IMG/VR virus record: IMGVR_UViG_3300042260_000461
Span: 1-56,979 of that record
Strand: one strand, 5' to 3'
Source: a virus
Lineage: Duplodnaviria; Caudoviricetes
DNA length: 56,979 nt
Part shown: positions 1 to 12,300 of the stretch, piece after piece
Layout of the letters: each line of letters begins with the position of its first letter
Position numbering within the stretch: position 1 is the first letter of the stretch
The notes under the pieces: model-generated
The model's input: only the letters and a program-made list of their open reading frames with translations
The model's database searches: none
Told to the model about the DNA's origin: nothing
Position numbers and translations under genes: made by a program

Positions 1-41
1 GTGGGTCAAGTTGCTGCCAGTCAATGCCGAACAGCGGACGT

Positions 42-67
42 AAAAAAGCCCGCAGTGGTGCGGGCTT
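42..67 (-). terminator. Rho-independent terminator downstream of the guaA-like att core
   Basis: Minus strand AAGCCCGCA-CCAC-TGCGGGCTT followed by a T run; also present at 56771-56796. Confidence 0.8.
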
Positions 68-113
68 AGGGGTGTTTTGCGCCTTTCAGTGCCTGGCGCT
101 GCCAGACATTAAA

Positions 114-128
114 TCATTCCCATTCAAT
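114..128 (-). other. Putative attP core, mimic of the guaA 3' end
   Basis: Minus strand ATTGAATGGGAATGA = I-E-W-E-stop, the conserved GuaA C-terminus. It lies upstream of a P4-type integrase with AlpA, as in guaA-associated elements. Confidence 0.75.
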
Positions 129-335
129 TCTCAATAGCACCGCCAAGTGCTTGAATTGATTGGTTTTGTTGCAGTGCAACACAAGGCGATACCATGAATG
201 ATGCCATGCTCAGAAGTCCTCTACAAGACAAGGGCGTGCATCATTCGGACACGATCTGCACGAGATAACTAGATTCTATCAACCGGGAAGATCAATTAGG
301 TAGACGGGCGCGCAGTGCGCCCGCCCCCTACCCTA

Positions 336-3300
336 TCACTTCACCTTCTCGGCCAGGTCTCGCATGATCTTGGTCTTCTTCTGGACCTCGACCTGCACGG
401 CCTCCTGGAACTCATCTTGCGAGATCCGGTTGGTCTGACGCTGGCGCTTGAGTTGGGCGATGTTCTTCTCGACCTCAGCGATCTCGGCCTGAGCCTTGGC
501 GTTGAGGTTGCGGCGCAGAACGTCAGCCGGATAGCTGCCCAGCTTCACCCCGAAAGATGAGGCCACGGCCTGGGCCACTGACTGTTCGCGGCCAAAGGCA
601 TCGGTCTTGCCCTGCGCAGCCTCCGACACCCCCGTGGTGGCGTAGGTGCCCGGCAGGCCCAGCACGTTGGGCGCAAAAGCCTTGTACAGGTGATCGGCCA
701 CCTTCTCAGCCTTTTGCAGCGGCGTGTCGGTGTCCAGTGTGATCGGCTTGCCAGTGAATGCCGACTTATTGAACACCACCTCGCCAAACAGCACCAGCGG
801 ACCGCCAGGCATCATGCCGGGCAGGACCGGCACGGCAGCTTGGCCAGCACCCACGTCGAACACATCGCCCACGGGAATGAAGCGGCGGATGTCCAGATAA
901 ACCGGCGAGCCGTGCTGATCGTTCCAGGGCATGCGGATCAGCTTGGGCACCATGCCCCAGATCTTCCCGGCCTTTTCTTCGGGCAACAGCTTGCGCTCTT
1001 CATCGTCGCCATCGCCACCGGCCAGCATGCCGCCCAGGGCGTTGAGCGCACCGGCCAGCAGCATCAGCTTCATGAGCTTGTGCGGCTTCTTGCCCGCGAT
1101 CTCGGCCAGCATGGGCACAGCGCGGTAGGTGAAGCTGATGAACGGCCAGGCAGACTGGCGCATTGCCTGAATCCATGGCGCGTTGATGCTGTAGTCCAGG
1201 AATGAGCGGCGTGAGGCCTTGCCTGCATCGATGTCGGTTGCGCCCTCTTCCTTGGCCTTGAGCCAGGCAGCCAGGCGGAAAACATCGTCCTCGGCCTGGT
1301 ACAGGTCGATCAGGCTGTTGGCCTCGGTACCGATGGCCTTGCCGGGCTTGGAGCCCTTGAAGGCCTCCCAAGCGGTCGGGAAACGCAGCATCAAGGCGTT
1401 TTGCAGCGCCGACATCACGCCCACCTCGGCCTGGGCAGACTGCCCGCCCGTGGCGGCCAACTCCTGCTCCAGCTTGGCCAACAGGGGCTCCAGCTGGTCC
1501 TTGGCGATCTCGTTCGTCACCCAAGAGCCCACATCGCCGCCCGAGTCGGTGTAGCGGTTCAGGATCTCGCGGGCAGCCTCACGGTCGGCAATACCAGCCT
1601 TGGCCAACTTGTTGCCCAAACCGCCCAGCGCGCCCTGACCTTCGCGCTGGCTTGCTGCCAGGATCAGGCGCAGGGACTTGGCCACATGAGCCGCGCCCAC
1701 GTCATGCCAGTCGGCCATGACGAAGTTGGACATGACGTTGTTCATGTGCACGGCGGGCGACAGCGCGGTCTTGGCGGTTTTCCACATGCTCAGGATCTGG
1801 GCATAGGTGTCACCAAAAGGCTTGAACTGGCCATTGACCACCTGGCGCAGGTCATTCCAGACCGGGCCGGGCAGGTAGCGGCCAGCGAGCTTGCCGTACT
1901 TGGCCACGCTGGTGCCGCTGATCTTGGTGTCGGGCACACGCACCCACTCGCCAGGCTTGAAAGTGTCGCGGTAGCGCTCAGACGCTTCCACCACCTCGCC
2001 GGGGATGGTCTCGCCTTCTTTTAAGGCGTAGCCGTGCGCCATCCACTCCAGGTAGCGTCCCACCTCCACGTCATGGATCATGCCGTGCAGGGTCTTGGCA
2101 ATGGCAAAGCGGGCCTCATCGACTTCGCCCATGGTCTCGCGCTCGTCCTTGGTGAAGTCGCGCCAGAAAATGACGTTCTCGCCCTTCACATCCCGTACCT
2201 CGAACGTGCCCGCCTTGGACCATTCCGAGTATTGGCTCGGGATGGTTTCACCGGCTGGCCAGTAAGCCACCTCCAGCAACTTGCCCAAGGCCTTGCCTTC
2301 CATGCCTTCCAGCGGCTTGGTGCCCTCGCCCGATGCGGCGCGGCGCTCCAGGCGCACGAACTTCTCGCCCTTGAGTCCTGCATCGGCTTTGCCCTTGACC
2401 AGCTTGCGGCCCCACCACTCGGGTGCGGTGTTCTTGAGCTTGGCCATGGTGGCGGCCTCGGTCAGGCCACGGCCCTTGTACTGGTCGCCCAGGATGGAGA
2501 TCACCCGGGCGCGCTTGGCTTTTTCGCCTGCGGTCTGCTCCAGGATGTGCTTGGCGTAGCTGCGGCGCAGGTAGGCGTACTTGTTGGCCTCGTAAGCCTC
2601 GGGGCTCAGTTGGCCAAGTCGCACCGCCTCACGCGAGAGCTGATCGATCATCTTTTGCACGTCCTGCAATACCTTGACCGATTCCTCGGGCAGGCCTTGC
2701 ATCATGGACACGTAGGCCTTGGGGTCGGCACCGTCCATGTTCATCCACTCGTAGGCCACGCGAGACTCTTCGCGGGTCAGGGTGGAGAGCTTTTCGATCA
2801 ACTCACCGGCCTTGCGCAGTTGCACCCGCTGGCGACCTTGCAGCAGCACGCGCTGATCGATCACAGCCTGGGGCACGCCATAGTCGGCCACCACACCGGC
2901 CTTGATGGTCTCGGGGGTGTAGCGGTCCAGCAGGTAGCCCGCCCGGTCGTAGATTGCGCCGGTCAGGCGCTCGATGCCGGTGATGCGGGTCAAACCCTTG
3001 GCCAAGGCATCCAGCGGGGCGCGGCTGCCAGCCTTCTGGCTCAGGATCTCGTCTGCGCGCTCGCGGGCATCCTTGCGGCGCGAAAGCATCACGCCATCCT
3101 CTGCCGGGTTCTTCTCGCGCCACTTGGCGGCCAGGCGCTCAAACAGGGGGTAGTCCTTGGCCAGCATGTCCTCGACATCGGTAAAGCCTCGGGCGCGGGC
3201 CTCGGTTTGCAGCCACTTCTCCTGGCGCTCGATGTCATCCTTGAGCGTGGTGGACAGGCGGGTGTCGCCCATGTAACCCACCCGGCTCACCGGGCTCTTG

Positions 3301-6300
3301 CCAGCCACGTACTCGCGGGCACCGCGCACCAGTTCAGCGACGAACAGGTCGGCGCGCTGCTGCTGGGTCAAACTGCCCTCAAGCAGATCGCTCAGTTTGT
3401 TGGCCAAGTTCTTGTAGCCATGCGCCAGCAACCAATCGCGCACCATGACCGTGACCTTGCGCCAGCCCTTGAGCTTGGCCAGTTGGGCGGTCGGGATGTC
3501 CACGATGGCCTCTTCCACAGCCTCGGCGGTGGACATCTTGTTGCCGCGCTTTTGGATCTCGAAGGCCGCCCGGCGCACGTTAGCGTTGTTGGCAGACACC
3601 AGGGCCATGGCGGTCTTGAGGCTGTCACCCAGCAAGGCGCGCAGGCCAAAGTGGGCGGCCTCATGCTCAAGCAGCACGTGCTCGGCGCGGGCCATGTCAG
3701 ACAGGCCCGATGCGAACAGGTACAGCCCGCCCTCGTGAAATGCGCCTTCCACGTCATCCCAGGCATCCTGGCGAATGATGTACTCGCGCAAGCCCTTGGG
3801 AGCCTTACTGGGGTCAGACAGCACCGTCACCTTGGGCATGTTGGGCATCGTTGCCTTAACGCCGCGCACCATGGCGTCCAGGTCATCGACGCTCACACCG
3901 CCGGACGCAGCGCCAGCGCCGCGAGACAGTCGGGTGTCCTCTGCGGGCTTGACCTCTGACGCCTCAGTGGCCATCCAGTCCTCAGCAGCACCGCCATTGG
4001 TGGAAACTGCCTTGGTGATTGCCTCGTCGGCATTGGTGGCCTGAACATCAAAGCCCAGGCCAGAGGCCTTGTTTTCCACGCGCCAGGTCTTGGGCTTGGA
4101 ATCAGAGGCGATCATGTCCTCCAGGTCGTTGGCCTCTTTCACCTTGTCGGCCAGCATGCCAGCCATGGGGAAAGGCGACTCCAAGCGGCTGGTCAGTGCA
4201 TCGATCTGAGCTTTGGCCTCGGTGATGCGCTCGCGCATCTTGGCGGGCAGCCTGGCCACATCTGACACGGCGTTTTGCGCACGCATGGCCACGCCAATGG
4301 GGCTGGTACCGGCATCCGCGATCAGCAAGATCGGGTCGGGCGTGCCCAGCATCACCTTGGTCATGAACTGGCCTGCAACGGTCTCGCCGCCAAACACCAC
4401 TGGAAAACCGGAGATCTCGCCAATGGTCATGGGCTTGGTCTCGCCCCTGGCGGTCAGGTCCTTGTACTTGGCGATCAGGGCCTCGGCCCAGTCGGCGCGC
4501 TCGGCCAGGGTCTTGCCCATGACCTTGGCGCGGAACTTGTCGCCCGACAGGTCCTGCACCAGGGCGGCCATCTTCTCGGCCTCGGGCATGCGCTTTTGGT
4601 TGAACTCCACCGTTGTGCGCGCCATGTCGTACTGGGACTTGAAGCGGGCGCGCTGGTCCTCGTGGGCGCGGTAAAGGCGCTGGAGCTTTTCGATCTCGGC
4701 GCGAGCCCCTGCCAGTTGCAGGATGCGCGGATCTTCGGCCACCATGGCAGCGGCCAGGTCGTACTGGCTTTGGCTGTCCAGGTCCTCCAACTCGCGCAGG
4801 TTCGCGTCACCGCTCAAGGCCTGGTCGATGAAGAACTGTTTGGATGCGAGCATCTTCCACATGTTCTCGTCGTAGGTGCCCTTGGCGGCGTAGGCGTACA
4901 GCTGCACCAGCGGGTTCTTGTTGCCCTGGCGCACGATGCGGCCCTCACGCTGCTCCAGGTCAGCCGGGTACCAAGGCGAATCCAGGTGAAACAGGGCCTT
5001 GAGGCGCTGCTGTGCGTTCACGCCCGTGCCCATGTTCTTGCTGGAGCCCACCAGCAGGCGCACCCGGCCAGCGTTCACGTCCTTGAACAGCTTGAGCTTG
5101 TCCGCCGACTTCTTGTAGTCGGACATAAAAGCCACCTGATTCATGGGCATGCCAGCATCGCGCAGGCGTTTTTCAAACCAGGCGCGGGCATTGAAGCCGC
5201 GATTGGCGGCCACACCCTCACCAAAGCCAAGGTCAGAAAACACCATCGTGGCCGCGCCCTTGTTGGGCTCGACGTTGCCCGCCTTGTCGCGGTACTCCAT
5301 GTCCTTGGTCTCAGTCAGGACACGGATCACGTCATCGATCATGCGGTTGAGCTTGGAGTCCGGGTCGCTGGGCAGCGATGGATCGATGAAACGCATGTCG
5401 ATGGCAGCCAGGCGGCCATCGCCAATGATGCGGATCATCGGGTCCGGATTGTTCGGCTCGTCCTTGGTTGGCTTCCAGGCGCGGGACTTCTCCACACGGG
5501 CGGAGAGGTCGGACTGGTACCCGTCATAGGCCCCGGTCTTGGGCGTGACGATGATCTTGCGAGATCCGTTCTCCACTTTCGGGCGCTTGTCGCCCAGCAA
5601 AGCGGCCAGGGTGTCCGAAGTCAGCACGTCCGCGAACTCGCGGAACATCTGGGTCAACTCGGGCACGTTCACGAACTTGCTGAACCGGGTCACAGGCTCG
5701 TACTTGCCAGCGGCGTTGGGCTCCAAAACCGTGCGCTCGCGCCCGAACATCGAGGCCCATGAATCGAAGTCCTCGATGCCGCGATCTTCCAAGGCCTGGC
5801 GGTCCATGAACTTTTGCACCGTGTACAACTCGGCCAGGGTGTTGGTCACGGGCGTGCCCGATGCCAGCACCAGCGAGCGGCCTGGGTTCTTTTGCTCCAG
5901 GTAGCGGGACTTCATGTACAGGTCAAAGGCGCGGGCAGAGCCTTGCGGGCTGATGCCCTTGACCTGGCGCGAAGTCGTGAAATCGAGCTTGCGGAACTCG
6001 TGGGCCTCGTCCACGTAGAGCATGTCCACGCCAAGTTCATCGAATCGGACGTTGGTGTCCTTGCCGGTCGATGCCATGGCAGCTTCCAGCTTTTGCTCCA
6101 TGTTCTCGATCTGCTTTTCGATCTGCTTGATGCGCGGGGACTTCTTGCCGCCCTTGCCATCCTCGGCCTCGGCCTCTTCCAGGGCAGCGCGCATGTAGTC
6201 CAGCTGCTCCTCGATCATCTTGCTTTTGAACTCGGGGTCCAGATCCAGCAGCTTGAAAGCGCTGTGCGTGATGACCACGCCATCGAGGTCAGACAGCGCC

Positions 6301-9300
6301 ACACGCGAGACGAAGCGGCGGCGGTTGTCGGTGTGGAAGTTCTTTTCGTCGGCCACCATCAGGCGGGCAGCCGGGTAAAGCATCTGCCACTCGTGCGCAA
6401 ACTGCTTGAGCATGTGGTTGGGCACCACGATCATGGGCTTCTTGATGAGGCCCAGGCGCTTTTGCTCCATGGCCGAAATGACCATCTGGAAGGTCTTGCC
6501 CGAACCCACGGCATGCGCCAGGTAGGTGTTGCCGCGCTGGATGATGCGCCAGGCCCCGCGCTTGACGTGATCGAACACGCTGAACGCCTTGGACGTGCCC
6601 GGCAGCGTCAGGTGACGACCGTCAAAGGATCGCGGCACCGTGGTGTTGAAGGTGTCGTTGTAGATCCGCACCAGGCTATCGGTGCGCTCGGCATCCTTCC
6701 ACACCCAGTTGGCAAAGGCCTCGCGCAGTGCTTCGAGCTTCTGGTTGGCCGCTTCGGTACCGGCAGAGTCAAAGACCGTGGTCTTGTCTTTGCCGTAACC
6801 CTGGCTCTTGGTGATGCGGATGGGCCTGCCGGTCAAGGCATGCTCCATGATGTCCGTCACGTTGCGATCAGCCGTGCCCCAGTCGGCGGTGGCCTGCATG
6901 GTCTTGCCGCCGCTGACCTCCTGAACGGACCATTGCTTGGTGCGCTCATTCCAGGACACCTGGGCGCGCACACCGGCCAACTCGCGCAGGAATTGGCTGT
7001 ACACAGCGCCGGGCACCCAGTTCATGCCGATGCCCACATTGATCTGGCTTGGGGTCTTAGGCGCGGGCTGGGCAGCTTCGAGCGCCGCCACATTGCGCTC
7101 AAAGCGCTTGTCGGTCTTGGCAGCCGTGCGGGCTTCATCCAGTTTGCGCTTGACGTTGCCGCTCAAGTACTCGTCGGCAGTCACCCAACTGACAGCGGGG
7201 TCCTCATAGATGGCGGAGCCCAGGGCCTCGATGGTCTCGGCCTCGGTCAATCCCACGCGCTGGGCGATCAGAGGGATGTCCACATGCCCCACATCGTTGA
7301 GCGATGACAGCATTGCATCGACTGGGGTGTTGACGCTGGCAGCATCGGGCTTGCCCAGCACGCGCTCAGTTAGGAAAGCACTGGGCTTAATCTCGCCCGT
7401 GTCCTCGTTGATGGTCTCCAGAGCCGCGACCAGGGTGTAATCCGGGTCATCCTCCAGCTTGCGCAGCAGGGTGTAGACGCGCACCTGGGTTTCATCGGTG
7501 TAGGTCTCGCCCGTGTCCTCATCGACCACTTTGGACTTGACGGACTTGAGCGTGAATTGGTTGATCTGGCCGTGCTTTTTGGTGAAGTCGGCATAGGCCT
7601 TTTGCAGCGCCTTGATGCTGGTTTCCCAATCGCCCTCGTTCAACTGGTCGTAGTGCGCCTGCTTGAGGGCATCGCGCAGCGGCACAAAGTCCTTGATGAG
7701 TTGCACATCGGCTTGCGAGCGCAACTCCACGCGCTGGCCCACCCCACCCTCACGCACCATCAGCGCGCCGGAGTCGCTGACGTAGTAGTTGCCTTCTTTC
7801 TTGGCCTTGGGGTTGAAGTCGATCTCGCGGACCTTGGCCGCTTCGGCAGAAGATCCACGCTCGGCGGTGTAGATGCCCTCGGGCAGGCGGTTGATCGCCT
7901 TGTCGAACAGGGCCTCGATGTCGCCATCGAGCGGCGCGACCGTGTACTCGCGGTCCTTGTACATGGAGCCCGCATCGGAATGCGTGCCCAGCACCATGTC
8001 CGGGTTGGCCACAAAGTACTCGTTGATGTTGTAGTCGTTGCCGTTGACCTTGAGCGGCACCGACTTGCCCCAGGACTGAGCGCCCTCGAAGGTCTCACCT
8101 GGCACTTTTTTGCGCAGGAAGATCACATCTGTGACCACCTCGGTACCGGCGTTTTGCTTGAAGGCGGTTTGAGGCAGGCGAATTGCGCCCACCAGGTCCG
8201 CACGGTCAGCCAGGTACTGGCGCGCCTTGTCATCGAGCTTGTCCATGGTGTAGCGGCTGGTGACGTACACCACCAGACCGCCCGGCTTGGTGCGATCAAT
8301 CGACTTGGCAAAGAAGTAGTCATGCAGGCTGAATGCCCGCTTTGCGTACTCTGGATCGCTCAGGATCTTGGTGCCAGAGAACGGCGGATTGCCGACCGAC
8401 ACGTCATAGAAGTTCTTGGGCAGCTTGGAGTCCACGAAGGACTCGACCAGGATGCGCTCGTCGGGGAACAGCTGCTTGAGGATGCGGCCCGTGAAGGAGT
8501 CGAACTCGATGCCGGTGTAGATCGAGTTTGCGGCCATGGCGGCGGGCATGAGGCCTGGGAACACGCCGATGCCAGCGCCTGGCTCCAGAATGGCCCCGCC
8601 CTTGAAGCCCATGCGGTCCAGTGCGCGCCACATCGAGCGCACCACTTCCTTGCTGGTGTAGTGGGCGTACTGGGTCGAGCGCGAGGCCTCGGCCCATTCC
8701 TTCTCGGACATGGACGCCTTGAGGCGGTTGCGCAACTCCACCCACTTGCGCACGCTGGGCTCGGGCTTGGCCTTATCCAGCATCTCGCGGGTGATGTTGC
8801 CCGCCGTGTACCAGGTCAACTGCGGGTTGCGGTATTGCAGGACCCGGAAGGCAGGCGCGTACTCGCCGTAGCGGGCGTTGGTCAGGAACGGGCGATCACC
8901 CAGGGCGGCGATGGCCTCGTCGTAGTTGCTCAGCGCCTCGGCGGCCTTGTCCAGCTTGTCGCCAAACAGGTTGTTGGCGATCTCGGAAGCGCCCCAGCCA
9001 ATGAACTTGGCCAGCTTCGCCTGCTCTTCGCGGGTGGCCTGGCGGCCATCCTTCTCCAGCGACAGCAGCAGTTCAATGGCTTCGAGGTTCTGCTCGGCCT
9101 TCTTGAACCAACTGCCCTCATAGCTCAGGTCGGAGGCTGAGAAGGCGTAGTTTCGTCCGGACTTTGCGGGGATGTCGCGTCCTGCGGGAACTCCAGCATT
9201 TCGGCCAGCACGATCTCGCGGTTGAGGCTGCTTGCTGTTCGCATCCTGGCCGCGCACTCCATCGGCCCCAGCTTGTCCCACCCCTCCTTGATCCGCTGCG

Positions 9301-12300
9301 TTTGCGTCAGCGTCACCACCTGCGAAGAGATCTGATCCGCCAGGTCTTGGGCGTACTCGTTGAGTTGGCCGCTTGCCGCCAGGCTGCGATACAGCGCGGG
9401 TGCCTTCTCCTTGATCGCGTCCTTGACCAGCGTTATCGTTTGCATCTTGATCTCCAGTTTTCTCGCCAGTATATCCATTTCCGGATATTTGTGGTACAGT
9501 TGTGTCGAGAGGTGTTGAAATGAATGTTCCAGACAGATTCCCACCAGGCTGCGAGTTCGGCATGGACTTGACCGACGACGATGGCGTGGAGTTGGTGTAT
9601 GTCGAATTCCCCGATGGCAAGCGCTTTGTGCTCAACGAAAAGTCGCCTTGGGATGGCATGTCGCCAACCACCTGGTGGCCCTTGCGTTGGTCGAGATTGA
9701 CTGAGGCTGGTTTCTTGGAAGCAGCAGGCAAGCCAGCAGAAGTGGTCGCAGCAGCACGTGCAGCCGCTGCGGAGGCGGCCAGCGGATAAATTTCACGCTG
9801 CGCCGCAATGGCGTTAGCTTGCGTTTCAGAGCCTTCGGGCTCTGCTCTCTCGATCTCATAGAGCTTATGCCCCTCGGCGTTCTTGACCGCCAGCATTTCG
9901 GGCACATTGATTTGGATCTCGGCAGTCGTGCCATTGGCGGTGCGAACATTGACCAGCACCTGGCCATAGCCAGAGTCCAAGAACCCAGCCTTGCCACTGA
10001 CTTCTGTCGCCTTGATCCCGGCGTCTGACTGATCCTTGATGCGCTTGGGCAGGATCTCAAACTCTTTTCTGATTGCATCGACCACGGCCTGAGCATCGGC
10101 GTAGCTGCTCACCACAATGGTCGAGCGCAGCATGTCGTACATCTTGCCGGGGTCGAAGTTAACGCCCTCATCCGTCACCAGCTTTTCAACAGAGCGAGCA
10201 AGCCCCTTTACTGGTGCAAGCATCTGGCCAAGTGCGCCGGTGCTCTTGGCGATGTCGATGATCTTCTGGTCGTACTCGGCCTTGGCTTCATTGGCGCGCT
10301 CAATGAGCGGCTTGAGCAGCTTCTCGGCCTTCTCACGATCCTGCGCGCTGATCTCGACAGGTGCGGCTGATTTGAGCAGGCGGCCAATTTGGTCGCGTGC
10401 GTTCGCCAGGACATCAGCGGGGATGAAGGTGTCGGTTTCAGGCGGGGCGAAGTTGTCCAGCTTCATGTCGTACGGGCGGCCATCGATCATGGCGGCCTTG
10501 GGCTTGTCTGCCAGGTCGGCCAGCGCATCCCCGAACAGATCTTGCTGACCCATACGGGCCTCGGCAGCTGCGAACAAATCATCGACACGCTGGGCCGACT
10601 CGCGGGCCATGGCCTGCTCGGCAGCCTTGCGGTACAAGTCGGTGGCAATCTTGTTCCAGAAGGTCTTGAGCTTCGGATCGTTCTTGAGCGCCTGCTTCAC
10701 GTAGGCCACCAGATCCTTGAGGCTGTAACCCACTTCCTTGATACCGGCCTCCATCAGGCGGATCAACGTGGGCATGAGGTCCGGTGTCTTTTCCGGGACC
10801 ATCATCAAGCGCGTGTGCTTGGTGGCGATCATGGCCAGGTCAGCCATGGCGTCCTTGAAGTCTTGACGGGCTTGGGCACGCGCCTGGTCGGTTGCAGCGC
10901 CATCGGAGCGCTTGACGCTCGGAAACTGGAACGTGGCGGCCATCAAGTCACGGATGGGCGCGTCAAACTCGATCACCTTGACCGGCTCATTCATAGCCAG
11001 GGCAGCCACCCACTGGTGATGACCGTCCAGCACATAGCCATCGGCGGATGCCAGCACAGAGCGGTCTACGCCATCGCGCACTTGTTTCCAGCGCTCGGCC
11101 TTCTTGCTCGAAAACTCGGCCTGGGTCGGCTTGAGGTCAGCGGCTGGGCGCTCGACCGTCTTGTGCTCGATGCCCTTGCCTTGCAGGAATTGGATCAGCG
11201 CGCCGCGATGCTCGCTTTTGACCTGGGGCATTTCGGCACGGGGAATGCCGATGGTGCCGGTGTCGGGCGGGAACATCACCCATTCGCTTTGCTCTCCTGC
11301 TTGGGTTGCGGCAGTGGCGCGGGCAGCCCCATCGCCTTGATCGCCGCCGCGATTGCTCGGCGCATCTTGGGATTGCTGTCCACCTGGCGCATCAGCTTGC
11401 GCACCTTCTCCAGGGTCTCGCCGCTGGGTGTCTTGGGCAGTGTTGCCATTGTCATTTCCTCGTGCAGATTTCAGAAGGTCGGCGCGTGCCGGTGCGGTGT
11501 CGGTGTCGCCAAAGATCAAGCCTTGGCTGGGGTCTCCAGCAGCTTCCAGGGCCTCGTAGTAGCGCTGCACGAACTCGGCAATGCGGCGCGGGCTGCGGAT
11601 GTTGTCGGCCAACAGGGTCAAAAGCTGGGAAGCCTCGGGCGAGTACTTCGCGCCCGTGAGGTCGCCTTGGCCAAGTTCGTCGGCCACGCTCCAGCCCTTT
11701 TCCTTGAGGGCGGACAGGCCTTCAACGGCGGCCAGAAGATCCGGCGCAATGTCGGCCTCGTACAAGGTACCGGCCTGCATGCGCTCACGTGATGCTGCAA
11801 TGGTCGGGGCCACACGCACCAGTGCCTTGGTGACGTTGCGCAGGTTGTCATCCATGCTCTCGGTCATGCGGCGCAGCGTGGGCGAGTCACCGTAGGCCTT
11901 GGCCAGCACGGCGTTTTGGATGCGCCGGTAGCCGAACGTGGACAGGCGGCCATCGGACTCCACCATGTCCGACTGCTCAGTGATCGGCAGCATGGCCATG
12001 AACTGGCGGATGAAGTCGTAGGACGTGGTGAAGTCACCGGCATCGTCAGGGCTCAAGCCTTCCAGGGATGCCAGGCGCTTGGAGTCAGACACGGCCTGCT
12101 CGCTGGGGCTCATGCGCTGCACGGTCGAGGCGTTGGCCTGGCGTGCGAACTCGGCGCGGTTCACCGGGGTCTGGCGCAGGCGCACTAGCACCGGCTTGGC
12201 CAAGCCATCCACAGCCTCGGGCGTGAGGCCGAATTGACCGGCGTTCTCGCGCAGCCAGGCCTTGTAGTCCTCGGCCTTCTGACCATTGGCCTGATACACG

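Larger units (their letters stand above)
1..250. repeat. Terminal direct repeat, left copy (circular assembly overlap spanning attP)
   Basis: Bases 1-250 match 56730-56979 except position 123 (T) versus 56852 (C). Confidence 0.95.

Noticed and set aside
1-250. Terminal repeat as a physical phage DTR or as attL/attR
   Set aside because: Exactly 250 bp and both arms of attP lie inside it, so a circular-assembly overlap is more likely.
690-9140. Long plus-strand ORFs (e.g. 2034-3959, 4275-5762, 5814-7307, 7557-9140) opposite the giant gene
   Set aside because: Typical antisense shadows of GC3-rich coding DNA: L/G/H/V-rich, with no RBS, promoter or motifs, unlike 9520-9789.
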